Virus record (IMG/VR): IMGVR_UViG_3300031344_000001
Strand: one strand, 5' to 3'
Length of the DNA stretch: 64,000 nt
DNA from: a virus
Taxonomy: Duplodnaviria > Heunggongvirae > Uroviricota > Caudoviricetes
The first letter of the stretch is position 1. Each line of letters opens with the position of its first letter. Below are positions 17,473 to 26,525 of this stretch, one piece after another. A program made the translations under genes and the position numbers. The notes beneath the pieces were generated by a model. The model had not been told where the DNA came from and searched no databases. It worked only from the letters and a program-made list of their open reading frames with translations.

Positions 17473-17806
17473 CATGGCCATGGTGTGCGACGCCTGCGGT
17501 GAGAAGTACGGCCGCGACGAGGGGAGTGCCAACCTGCACGTGTCGCCACCCAGGCCCGACGCCAAGCACTTCGAGGCCCTCGTGATCGCCGGCCAGTCCT
17601 ACAGGATCCGCGAGTCCCTGACGCTGGACCTGTGTCGCACGTGCGTGCGGAAGGCGCTCGCGCACCTGGGGCTGTCGACCGATGTCTGCGAGCTGCCGGA
17701 GCCAGTGCCGCAGATCGGCGACCCCGAGCGCCCAAGCTCTGGGGCGCTGACCGAAGAGGACTTGCGACAGCTCGGCCTCGCCGATCCGGAGAGCCTGAGA
17801 GCCTGA
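17473..17806 (+). CDS. hypothetical protein (CxxC...CxxC)
   Basis: ORF. Confidence 0.55.
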
Positions 17807-17843
17807 AGCTCCGAAGCTCCTTGGTTCTGGTATCGTCAGCCTC

Positions 17844-18089
17844 ATGGCAACGAAGACCGTCTGCGACGGCTGCGGCGATGAGATCAAACCCTGGAAGGCG
17901 GGTGACCCCACGGCGGGCGACGGACTCGCGCGTATGCTGCGCCTCAGCACCGGCAACAACTACCAGCAGTGGGATCTCTGCGACCCGTGCCAGGGTCAGG
18001 TCGCGAGCTCGCTCGTCGCGCTGCTGCCGCGCACGCCGCACGAGGGCTGGTGGCACGCGATCCGACCGGCGAAGACGAAGAGCGCGTAG
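17844..18089 (+). CDS. hypothetical protein (CxxC...CxxC), similar to upstream ORF
   Basis: ORF. Confidence 0.6.
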   Translation: MATKTVCDGCGDEIKPWKAGDPTAGDGLARMLRLSTGNNYQQWDLCDPCQGQVASSLVALLPRTPHEGWWHAIRPAKTKSA

Positions 18090-18097
18090 CCGCGAAC

Positions 18098-18322
18098 ATG
18101 CCCAATCACGACGACGCAGAAGACGAGCTGAAGCTATCCGCGCTGCACGCCCAAGTCATCCAGCACTGGTTGCAGACCCTCCAGCACGATCCGGCACTCA
18201 GCAGCCTGGCCGGCGGCACGATCAACGGGCACGTCGCCGTGTGTCGCGCCATGAAGATCCCAGACGCCGTGATCCGCCGTGAACTCCTCGCAGCCGTGAA
18301 TACGACGCTCCCCGCCGATTAA
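18098..18322 (+). CDS. hypothetical protein
   Basis: ORF. Confidence 0.5.
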   Translation: MPNHDDAEDELKLSALHAQVIQHWLQTLQHDPALSSLAGGTINGHVAVCRAMKIPDAVIRRELLAAVNTTLPAD

Positions 18323-18534
18323 CTTCCGGCCCCCAGATCTCCCCGCTTGCGCGGTACTGCGCGCCCGCGCTACCTTGACCTCGGCACCTATCCGGGATGC
18401 CTGAGCCCCACCGACCAACCGCACCTTGGTCGCTCTACGGGATGAAGGGGATGACCCGCCGGATGCTCTTGAATCTCTCTGCTCGGACGAGCCATCGGTG
18501 CGGGACAGCTCGAACGAGTCCACGAGAGGTTCCA

Positions 18535-19542
18535 ATGAGCGACGACAAGAAGCGCGATCGTGCGTTGCAGCGCCAGGTGCGTGCGCGCCAAGCCAAGACC
18601 GGTGAGAGCTACCAGGCTGCGTGGCGGCAGCTCACCGAAGAAAACGCAGAAACCGTGCCCGCTCTCGACGAAACGTCGCAAGCAGCACCCAAAGAGGATC
18701 TGTCCTCAACGCTCGCAAGACGCTTCCTCGCGCTGCAAGCGTCGCTGGTGCCTCCGCACCAACCGACACGCGTCGCGGTCCAGGCGAAGGAAGCGATCGA
18801 CATCGAGCGCCTCTTCATCTCAGGCGCGGGCACGGAGGGCGGCGCGGCCAACTGGATCGTGAACGACCTCGAAGTCGACGGTCGATCGCAGCTCGCTATG
18901 AAGGATCTGTCCGGCGCGCTGTTCGGAACTCGCGGCGTCGCCGCGAACCAAAAGGCCACGACCGCGTTCATGATGAGCGGTCTCGATCCCGTGGAGCGTG
19001 GACACGAGCTCGCGGTCATCGTGACGTACAACGGCCCGAATCCCGAGGGTCACCCGCTCTTCGCGTCTGTCCTAGGGACTGCACCGCCGCAGCGCCCGAC
19101 CATCATCCCGATCACGGCCGAGGCACTGAAGTCCGTCACCAAGACCACGATCCTCGCGCGTGTGCAGAACGCGACGTTCCAGCCCACGCGCCTCGAGATC
19201 GACGACGGCGACACAGCTGGGGGCACCGCGGACTGGATCATCGACGACCTGCGGATCGACGGGAAGACGCAGTTCGTACAAGCTGGCAGCCTCCCCGGCG
19301 ACATGTTCTCCACGAGCGCGATCGACAGCTTCATCACGCTCGACGAGTGCGCCCCGGGCAGCGCGATCGAGGTCGACGTGACCTACATCGGCCTAGACGA
19401 GAGCGCCTCCTTCACAGCGCGCCTCGAAGGGACTGTCGTGCGCGCGGATCACAGCCTCCCGCCACCGGACCTCCACGTGACCCTCGAGATCAACGGCCAG
19501 CGATCCACCGTGATCGCGACCTGCGATTGGCGGGTCTCCTGA
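18535..19542 (+). CDS. hypothetical protein with tandem duplicated beta-rich domain
   Basis: WIVNDLEVDGRSQ / WIIDDLRIDGKTQ repeats. Confidence 0.75.
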   Translation: MSDDKKRDRALQRQVRARQAKTGESYQAAWRQLTEENAETVPALDETSQAAPKEDLSSTLARRFLALQASLVPPHQPTRVAVQAKEAIDIERLFISGAGTEGGAANWIVNDLEVDGRSQLAMKDLSGALFGTRGVAANQKATTAFMMSGLDPVERGHELAVIVTYNGPNPEGHPLFASVLGTAPPQRPTIIPITAEALKSVTKTTILARVQNATFQPTRLEIDDGDTAGGTADWIIDDLRIDGKTQFVQAGSLPGDMFSTSAIDSFITLDECAPGSAIEVDVTYIGLDESASFTARLEGTVVRADHSLPPPDLHVTLEINGQRSTVIATCDWRVS

Positions 19543-19568
19543 CCACGCCCAGAGTATCGCAGTCGCAG

Positions 19569-19651
19569 TGCGCCTGGCTGGGGTCGAACCAGCACGGGAT
19601 TACTCCCAGCGGTTCCTAAGACCGCCGCGTATTCCGCTCCGCCACAGGCAC
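19569..19651 (-). tRNA. tRNA-Leu(TAG)
   Basis: cloverleaf; loop CTTAGGA. Confidence 0.9.
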
Positions 19652-19667
19652 TTACGTTGAAGAATCG

Positions 19668-19752
19668 TGCGGCCAACAGGAGTCGAACCTGCCCGGGCTT
19701 GCGCCCACCAGCACCTCAAGCTGGCGTGTCTGCCAAAATCCACCATGGCCGC
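19668..19752 (-). tRNA. tRNA-Leu(GAG)
   Basis: loop TTGAGGT. Confidence 0.9.
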
Positions 19753-19762
19753 ATACAACACG

Positions 19763-19847
19763 TGCGGACGACAGGAATTGAACCTGCCCGGGCTTGCGCC
19801 CACCGAGCCCTGAACTCGGCGTGTCTACCAAGATCCACCACGTCCGC
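19763..19847 (-). tRNA. tRNA-Leu(CAG)
   Basis: loop TTCAGGG. Confidence 0.9.
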
Positions 19848-19865
19848 GTATCTAATTTTCAAGAG

Positions 19866-19949
19866 TGCCAACGGCGAGAGTCGAACTCGCACGAGCGTCA
19901 AGCTCGGTCGGGTTTAGGCCGACTGCGTCTACCGATCCGCCACGCTGGC
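19866..19949 (-). tRNA. tRNA-Leu(TAA)
   Basis: loop CCTAAAC. Confidence 0.9.
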
Positions 19950-19950
19950 G

Positions 19951-20034
19951 TGTCCGAGGCGAGAATCGAACTCGCATGAGCCTGAAGCCCAGCCGGGTTT
20001 GAGCCGACCGCGTCTACCAATCCGCCACTCGGAC
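19951..20034 (-). tRNA. tRNA-Leu(CAA)
   Basis: loop CTCAAAC. Confidence 0.9.
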
Positions 20035-20057
20035 GAAGTGCTGCGAGCTACGACTAC

Positions 20058-20111
20058 CTAGACAGGTAGTCGTAGCGAGCGAAGTCGAACAGGTAAGCGG
20101 AACGTGCGCAT
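20058..20111 (-). promoter_or_regulatory. Leu-codon leader peptide MRTFRLPVRLRSLRLPV with 13-bp hairpin (20047..20076)
   Basis: GGAG SD; Leu codons TTA, CTT, CTA, CTA. Confidence 0.75.
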
Positions 20112-20124
20112 CGAGGACACTCCA

Positions 20125-20153
20125 CATCTAGCGCGGACCCGCGCTATCGTCAA
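20125..20153 (-). promoter_or_regulatory. promoter TTGACG-N17-TAGATG
   Basis: consensus match upstream of the Leu leader. Confidence 0.55.
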
Positions 20154-20177
20154 GCACTCTCTGCGATTGGTGACGAA

Positions 20178-20939
20178 TCAACGCGGTTCCGAGTGCGCGA
20201 CACCCGCTACTTCCGCGTCGGGGGCTTCCACCAACGGAGAGTTGCGCTCAGCGCGGATCTGATCGACCTGCGCGAGAACGGTCGCACTCTCAGGGGTCCC
20301 GAGCGCTACGACGAATGCCCGAAGGACGGCGATCTCACGCCGCAGCTTCTCCCCGTTCCACGCCTGCGAGATCTCGTGGCGCTCCGTTTTCTCCCAGTCA
20401 CGCAGGATAGCGCGTTCCAGCAGCCTGTCCGCGGCACGAACCTTCTCAAGCCTCACACGCTCTTCGAGAACGTGCTTCGCTGCGACCTCCGCGCGCCTGG
20501 CCTCACGCGCCTCCTCCGCTTGAGTCGCGCACGTATGCCTGCTGTGCGCCTCCTCGACCGAAGCTCTCGCGGATACAAGCGCGAGCTGCTCGCGCTGGAC
20601 ACGCGCGTCGTGCTCCGCGATCTCCTCACGCGCGCGCCGTTCACGGGCGGCTGCTTCGTCGAGGTAATCCTGGACCCTCACGGGATCGTAGGAGCCGCCG
20701 CCGGTGTAGCGATGCGGCAAGATCGTCACGACGACCTCGACGCGAGCGTCGTGCTTGGTCACCAAGCGGTAGTCGTGCAACGCGAACACCGTCTGGCCGC
20801 CAAGCGAGCGCTCTTTGAGCCGCACGGCCTGGCTGGCGTTCCGGATCAAGAACGCTCGAACGTCGTCACGATCGGCGTCGGGAGCGTGGCGCCTGACGAA
20901 CCTGTCGATCGCGTGATCGGTGAAATGGAATGTCGTCAT
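20178..20939 (-). CDS. hypothetical protein (FTDHAIDRF N-terminus, coiled coil)
   Basis: ORF. Confidence 0.65.
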   Translation of the reverse strand: MTTFHFTDHAIDRFVRRHAPDADRDDVRAFLIRNASQAVRLKERSLGGQTVFALHDYRLVTKHDARVEVVVTILPHRYTGGGSYDPVRVQDYLDEAAARERRAREEIAEHDARVQREQLALVSARASVEEAHSRHTCATQAEEAREARRAEVAAKHVLEERVRLEKVRAADRLLERAILRDWEKTERHEISQAWNGEKLRREIAVLRAFVVALGTPESATVLAQVDQIRAERNSPLVEAPDAEVAGVAHSEPR

Positions 20940-20999
20940 GCGGGCCTACGCACACGCTCTTGATCTGCTCGACTGTACGCGATACGGGGAGTGGACTCC

Positions 21000-21176
21000 A
21001 TGCCCGAACAACCACCCGAGTGCACCCGCGAGCAACTCCTCGCCGTCCCGTGTCCAACGTGCGGCGTGCCGGCTGGAGCCTACTGCGAGAAGAGCCCCGG
21101 GAAGGTGCTGCTGTTGCAGTACCACCACGCCGAACGGTTCTGGGTCGCGAGGGGCGTCGACGCGATCACCAACTAG
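21000..21176 (+). CDS. small zinc-finger protein
   Basis: CPTC..C..HHAER. Confidence 0.55.
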   Translation: MPEQPPECTREQLLAVPCPTCGVPAGAYCEKSPGKVLLLQYHHAERFWVARGVDAITN

Positions 21177-21185
21177 GCGGACCCC

Positions 21186-21698
21186 ATGCACAAGCGTTCC
21201 GACGAGGATTTCCAGCGGCTGTTCGATGAAGCCCTGCGTAACGACGACCCGACCACGGCGCTCGGTCTCGCGCTCGAGCACAGCGGCGCACGTGTGACGT
21301 TCGACCCCGACCGCTCGATCGCGAAACCGTGCGTCCGCTGCGGCACCACGAGCACGCCACGCGACCTCGTGACGATCGCGACGTGGACCCGCAGCGGTAT
21401 CGGCGGTCACCAGGCCGGCGACGCGCTGACGCGCCCGCTGTGCGCGCCGTGCGAAGATGCGACGATGCCCGACAAGACCGCCAAGACACCCAAGGTCGAG
21501 GACCTCACGCGCGTGCCGGAAGCAGCGCGCACGCACGTCCTCGACGTGGAGCTGAGCGCAGCGCAGGCCGCCGTGCTCCAAGAGAAGTCCGCCGCGCGCG
21601 GCGTGACGCTGGAGGAGTACGCGCGCGGCGTGATGCTCACCGCCGCGGCCGTCGAGAACGCGGGCGGCAGCTCGTCGTCCGGCGGCGGCACCGCGTGA
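21186..21698 (+). CDS. hypothetical protein (Zn ribbon plus RHH-like tail)
   Basis: ORF. Confidence 0.55.
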   Translation: MHKRSDEDFQRLFDEALRNDDPTTALGLALEHSGARVTFDPDRSIAKPCVRCGTTSTPRDLVTIATWTRSGIGGHQAGDALTRPLCAPCEDATMPDKTAKTPKVEDLTRVPEAARTHVLDVELSAAQAAVLQEKSAARGVTLEEYARGVMLTAAAVENAGGSSSSGGGTA

Positions 21699-21915
21699 GC
21701 CCGAAGCCCGATCGGGACTAGGCCGTACAACGCCAGCGCCAGCCGTCGTTTCGGCCGAAGGAGGACGCTTACCTGATCGCGGCGCCGAAGGTGTGCGTGG
21801 TCAGGGTCAAACGCTAGGCTTTCGCGTTCGCTGCGCCGAAGTCGCCGCGCTACGCCTCACATAACGAAGCAAAAAATCCGCGTTTTGTTACCGCCTTCGA
21901 TAGACTCGAAGGAGC

Positions 21916-22485
21916 ATGGCAAAACCGGTCAAGGCCAAGGAACAGATCAGGTTGGGCACCGGAGAGGTGATGACGCTCGGCGCGGCACTGGATCGCGGAC
22001 TCGTCACGCTGGGGACAACGGAAGAGCCGGCCCTCCGAGGCGAACGTCTCACCGTGCGCACGTACTACGCCAAGGACCCCGTAGCCGATGAACTGTGGCC
22101 GGTGAGTCGCGCGTTATTCGAGAGCCGCTCCACAGGAACCTTCAAGCCAGGTTCATCGGCACCTCCAAAAATAAGTGTGCCGAAAACCCCTCGTGCGCCT
22201 GTTGTTACAGCCACGACTACGCCCTTCATGGTGGTTTCAAACGGCGATCACGTCGGCGACTATGCCGATTTGCCGAGTGCAATCGCGGCGGCCGATCGCT
22301 GGCTAGAGGAGTACGACCGACACGTCCAGATTTTCAAAGGCTCTCGGGTGCTGTCAAAGAAAGAGATCGACGCTGCAAGGGCTCCCGCCAGCGCGCACAT
22401 GCACGCGGAGAAGAAGTCCCCATCGCAGCTCGACCACGAGATCGCCACCCTGGTGCCTTCGTGGCGCAGCGTGGTCAAGCGCTAG
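21916..22485 (+). CDS. hypothetical protein with C-terminal QLDHEIA tag
   Basis: GGAG SD; shared motif. Confidence 0.75.
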   Translation: MAKPVKAKEQIRLGTGEVMTLGAALDRGLVTLGTTEEPALRGERLTVRTYYAKDPVADELWPVSRALFESRSTGTFKPGSSAPPKISVPKTPRAPVVTATTTPFMVVSNGDHVGDYADLPSAIAAADRWLEEYDRHVQIFKGSRVLSKKEIDAARAPASAHMHAEKKSPSQLDHEIATLVPSWRSVVKR

Positions 22486-22488
22486 GCG

Positions 22489-22836
22489 CTAGGCGTTCGC
22501 GTTCGCTGCGCCGAAGTCGACGCGCACGCGATGCCACGAGACGACGTGGCTCCAGTCCGTCGCACCGCGCAGGTAGCCGCCGAGCATCTCGAACAGCTCG
22601 TCAGCGGTCACGCGACGGTCACCACGGTAGTGCTCACCCGCGCAGCCGTCACGCCGCTCGACGATGAAGTCCTCGCCGACGGTACCGGCGCCCTGGACGT
22701 ACCACTCGGAGTCCGGTGTGTCACTCATGATGACGTACGCCTCGCCGACCGCGGTGAGCCCCGCGACCGCCCGCGTGACGTCCTCGATCGTCGCGGGATC
22801 CGCGAGCAGCCCTTCGTGCGTCTCCAGCCTCATCAA
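22489..22836 (-). CDS. hypothetical protein
   Basis: ORF. Confidence 0.65.
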   Translation of the reverse strand: MMRLETHEGLLADPATIEDVTRAVAGLTAVGEAYVIMSDTPDSEWYVQGAGTVGEDFIVERRDGCAGEHYRGDRRVTADELFEMLGGYLRGATDWSHVVSWHRVRVDFGAANANA

Positions 22837-23025
22837 GCGCGATTGTACCTGACGCCTGGACGCTCAGTGCACGGTGTCGCCGTCGCCGTCGCCGTCGCCG
22901 TCGCCAGAGGCACCGTCAGAGGCGAGGATCTCGCGTGAAGTCAAATGCAGCCCCGCGCGAACGAACAAGGCCAGCATGCTCTCGTCGACGCCCTCAGCAG
23001 CTCCACCAACGAGCCAGAGGCGCGT

Positions 23026-23168
23026 CGCGAGGTACAGCACGACCGAGAGGAGCGGCATCCGAAGCATCGACCGACGCTAACGCATCAGGTCTGCAAGTAG
23101 TAGGGGGCCACAGGCACGGGCGCGTACCTCGCCGCGAGGTACAGCACGACCGAGAGGAGCGGCATCCG
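23026..23168. repeat. 36-bp direct repeat (23026..23061, 23133..23168)
   Basis: CGCGAGGTACAGCACGACCGAGAGGAGCGGCATCCG twice. Confidence 0.85.
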
Positions 23169-23293
23169 TGACATCCCTCAACGCTAGCACCTAGCACCTC
23201 AGGTCTTCAGGCAGGTGCGCAGCGGAGCGGCGGGTGCCAAGGCGCGCGGGCGCGCACCTCGTACCCTCGTACCTGATCGAGGTTCGAGCACCA

Positions 23294-24100
23294 TCAGGCC
23301 GCTGGCCGCCACGCAGACAGCCGACGCCCCTGCTGCTGAATCTCAAACTCCAGCGCGCGCATCCGTCCCTCCAGCTCGCGACGCCGCTGCTCCTCCAACT
23401 TGTCGAACCCCACCGCGCCGCGCGCCACCACATCCACGCGATACTTCGGCCACCCGTGCTCCACGCCGATGAGGACCTGTCGGTTCAGCTCCGGGAGGCT
23501 CGGCAGCTCGACGAGCTGCGCGCGCACGCGCCCCAGGTCCCCGATGAGGACCACATCGATGAACCAGCGCAAGCGTTCACAGCTGACCTCGTAGGGAGGG
23601 TAACCCCGCCCGTAGCACTCGCCCGCCACCGCGCCGTCACCGGGGCGCTCGTAGCCATGGAGCACGAGCAGCCCCTTCTGCACGATCTGACGGTTCGCGC
23701 AGACCTGGCACTCACCGTCACGCCCCACACGCGCGGCGGCGCGCGCTGCGATCTGCTGCGCGGTCGCGCGCGCGCGGCCAGCTTCGCGGCCGAGGCGTCC
23801 GAGGAGCTTCACGACCTTGGTGATCGTGCGCGTGAAGCGGTGGCCCTGACGCGTTTGGTCCATGCCCACCCTCACGAGGCCCCCCGGCTGCACCGACCAC
23901 CACTCACTCTGGGGCTCGACCAAGAGCTTGAGCAGCAACTCGTCACGGCACGTCGCGATCACGACGGCCGGCTGGTGCTTGGTCATACCGTACGACTTCA
24001 CGTCGACGCGGACCTGCGGCACCGGGACCCAACGCTTGGGCCCCAGCATCGGCTGCGGGTTCACGGTAGCGAGGTCGAGCAGTTTGAGCTTGAGCGTCAT
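23294..24100 (-). CDS. hypothetical protein
   Basis: ORF; CQVC...HGY...ECYG. Confidence 0.65.
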   Translation of the reverse strand: MTLKLKLLDLATVNPQPMLGPKRWVPVPQVRVDVKSYGMTKHQPAVVIATCRDELLLKLLVEPQSEWWSVQPGGLVRVGMDQTRQGHRFTRTITKVVKLLGRLGREAGRARATAQQIAARAAARVGRDGECQVCANRQIVQKGLLVLHGYERPGDGAVAGECYGRGYPPYEVSCERLRWFIDVVLIGDLGRVRAQLVELPSLPELNRQVLIGVEHGWPKYRVDVVARGAVGFDKLEEQRRRELEGRMRALEFEIQQQGRRLSAWRPAA

Positions 24101-24108
24101 CGGGTCCC

Positions 24109-24849
24109 CTACGCCAGGAGCTTCTGCTCGGAGACGATCTCCGCGTCGACCACGTCGTCAAGCGTCGCGCGGCGCCACGTCGTGACGACCGCACCACTCA
24201 CGTGTACCGGCCCACGCGCACGGCGCGCTGGGGGAACGGACGCGGGCGCGGACGGCGTAGGCGTAGACGCGGGGGGCGCGGAGGGCTGCCCTTGCGGCGC
24301 AGGGACGTATGGCGCGTACCCTGGGGCCACGGGGCCGACAGGGCCACGGCACGCCCGGCTGCGCGCGCGCGTCGCCGCGCGCCGCGCGTCGGCCTCGCAA
24401 CGACGCTTCGTCGCGTCACGGGCGAGCGCGATCACCGAGCCGTTCGCGACCGCGTTGATCGCGACCAGGACCGCGAGTGCGACGGCGCTGGTGGCACCAT
24501 GCGACACCAGCATGACGCCCTCCAGGGCGAGCACGAACCCCAGCGCCTTGCGCGAGTCGCCGAACGCGGCGCGCCCGAACTTGTAGACGGAGATCGCGCT
24601 GAAGCACGCGCATCCCAGGACGACCGCGACCATCGCCGCCGCCAGGCCGTGGTTCCCGGCGGTCCAAGACGATGGGATCTCCTCATGCGCGAGCGTACGC
24701 CCGAACCACGGGACGAGGCCGCCGATCACGGCGCCGATCGCCGCGGCGTGGGGGTTCTTGACCGCGCACTCGAGCTGGGTGACGACGTCGGTGATGACCG
24801 ACCGGTCGCTCGTTCCGCGGCGGGACTTGCTGTGCTTGGGCTTGCTCAT
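24109..24849 (-). CDS. multi-pass membrane protein
   Basis: several hydrophobic helices. Confidence 0.7.
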   Translation of the reverse strand: MSKPKHSKSRRGTSDRSVITDVVTQLECAVKNPHAAAIGAVIGGLVPWFGRTLAHEEIPSSWTAGNHGLAAAMVAVVLGCACFSAISVYKFGRAAFGDSRKALGFVLALEGVMLVSHGATSAVALAVLVAINAVANGSVIALARDATKRRCEADARRAATRARSRACRGPVGPVAPGYAPYVPAPQGQPSAPPASTPTPSAPASVPPARRARGPVHVSGAVVTTWRRATLDDVVDAEIVSEQKLLA

Positions 24850-25010
24850 CGCCAGATAGCTAGAGCAGCCCTCGTGCCGGCCGTAGAGACACCGCAAGCA
24901 CCGCAAGTGCCCGGTGGTACAGCGTGAGTAGTCACGCACCCAGTGTCCGCGAGAGGCACGCGTGCCCTGCGCGATACGGGTGGAGGACTACCCAGGGAGC
25001 GCGGCAACTA

Positions 25011-26027
25011 CTAGAACGGCAGCCGCACCGCATCCTTCACGTCAACACCGAGGCTCGCTAAAGCCTTCTTGATGTTGGTGACGGCCTCAGCCTTGGTGTA
25101 CTCGACTCCCTCGGCGAGGGTGTCGGATCCAGTGCCCCAGGTCGTCTGACCTTCCCGCAACTGCTCGACCACCCATGACCATTCATCATCATCAATCGCG
25201 GACAGTCCATAGCCGATCTTGCGGGGCTTGGTGAGCGCCTCGGCGATCTCGCGATCTAGCTGCTTCGGCGACTTCCTTGCCTCCGGCGGCTCCGGCGGCA
25301 ACGTCACGCTGATGTTGACCCACTGGTCTACGACGTTGACGCTTGTGCGCGCACCGGGCACGGCCTGTTCTACTGCGCGCGCGTGACCTTTTGCGGACTG
25401 CACGAACTTGCGGCTTGCTGGCGTGTCGGCATCTGGGTGGGTTCTGCCTGATGTGTTGTCGGCGGCCGAGAAGACGAAGTCTTCGTTTTCGGCGAACCCC
25501 GCCGTGCGCATGATGCGGCGGATTGTTTGCGCAGCGATCGCTTGGTTCACGCTGTCCAGTATAACCGCCGTTTTCGGGATTTTCAGCCGCGCTCCTCTGA
25601 CGGAGCGCGGAGCACCGCCCGGATCTGCGTGGTGATGACGAGCACCTGCACGATGATCTGATCGTCGGTCATGCCGTTGTCTCGAGAGGATCGCTCCCAC
25701 GCCGAGCTTCACCGACGCCGGCATTGACCACCGACCACGACGGCTCCAGCGACGATCAACCGGTAGCGGGGGCACCCCCACCCGCGGCTCGCCCTCATCG
25801 ACGACGTAGCGCAAGAACCACGGGGCCGGCAGCGCCCCGTCGTTCACCGCGCGAATGACGGCGGCGCGCGCGGTGGCGCCCATGCCCCCGAGGTAACGCC
25901 CGGGAAGGTACTTCTCCGGCACCGCAGCGCCGCGGCGGCGACACCCGCGTGGGCCTCCGTCAGCGCAGAGGCTGGAATACAGCGCGATGTCCCCGAGCAA
26001 GGCATGGCCGTCCATGCGAAGGAGCAT
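25011..26027 (-). CDS. hypothetical multi-domain protein with internal QLDREIA tag (start uncertain)
   Basis: ORF; shared motif at about 25232..25278. Confidence 0.6.
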   Translation of the reverse strand: MLLRMDGHALLGDIALYSSLCADGGPRGCRRRGAAVPEKYLPGRYLGGMGATARAAVIRAVNDGALPAPWFLRYVVDEGEPRVGVPPLPVDRRWSRRGRWSMPASVKLGVGAILSRQRHDRRSDHRAGARHHHADPGGAPRSVRGARLKIPKTAVILDSVNQAIAAQTIRRIMRTAGFAENEDFVFSAADNTSGRTHPDADTPASRKFVQSAKGHARAVEQAVPGARTSVNVVDQWVNISVTLPPEPPEARKSPKQLDREIAEALTKPRKIGYGLSAIDDDEWSWVVEQLREGQTTWGTGSDTLAEGVEYTKAEAVTNIKKALASLGVDVKDAVRLPF

Positions 26028-26084
26028 ACATCGAGGGGCCAGTCGCGAGCTGTCGCCTAGCGCCCAGAAGGGCAGTTAAAAAAT

Positions 26085-26210
26085 AAGAGCAGCCGAGTGA
26101 AGAGTGCTTGGATGAATGCAGGGAGTTTTGAAATCCCAACCTTCGGCTTCGTAGGCCGACGCTCTACCGTTGAGCTATGCGTGTGAGCACTCTAAGGATT
26201 GGCTGCTTCT
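26085..26210 (-). ncRNA. Y-RNA-like ncRNA containing tRNA D, anticodon (ACG) and T-like arms
   Basis: closing stems GCAGCC/GGCTGC and AGAGTGCT/AGCACTCT; T-run after. Confidence 0.65.
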
Positions 26211-26212
26211 CG

Positions 26213-26335
26213 AGGCGGATCTTGGAGTCGAACCAAGCGGCTTGTAGACATTCGACGTGTGTCTCCTCGCGGAGACGAGTGCCGCTGTCGGGATTTCTTC
26301 CAGTAAGAAGTGGGACACCGCGTCCCTTATCCGCC
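26213..26335 (-). ncRNA. tRNA-like RNA with very large (about 55-nt) variable region
   Basis: GGCGGAT/ATCCGCC acceptor; CTTGG-TTCGACT-CCAAG T arm. Confidence 0.65.
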
Positions 26336-26343
26336 AAAAACTA

Positions 26344-26480
26344 GGCCGCCGAGTTGAGAGTCCTGGATGCTTTTCAGCCTGTTTACGAGACAGGTGCCGG
26401 AACCGACCGGCGTTCAGATCCTCTTTCGAGGACTTGTGGGAGTTGAACCCAAGGCTTGTGAGGACTCTCGGTTGGTGACC
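26344..26480 (-). ncRNA. Y-RNA-like ncRNA with permuted tRNA-like domain
   Basis: GAGAGTCCT/AGGACTCTC stem; T arm first, then GAAA hairpin, then GG-loop hairpin. Confidence 0.65.
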
Positions 26481-26491
26481 GAGCGAGTGGG

Positions 26492-26520
26492 ACTTTAACC
26501 AATAGGAGGGTCGCTGTCAA
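26492..26520 (-). promoter_or_regulatory. promoter TTGACA-N17-TAAAGT
   Basis: near-consensus; upstream of the three ncRNAs. Confidence 0.75.
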
Positions 26521-26525
26521 GCAAT

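Noticed and set aside
23026-23168. 36-bp repeat pair as a CRISPR array
   Set aside because: Only two copies, a 71-bp gap and no cas genes; it looks like a local duplication encoding MPLLSVVLYLA.
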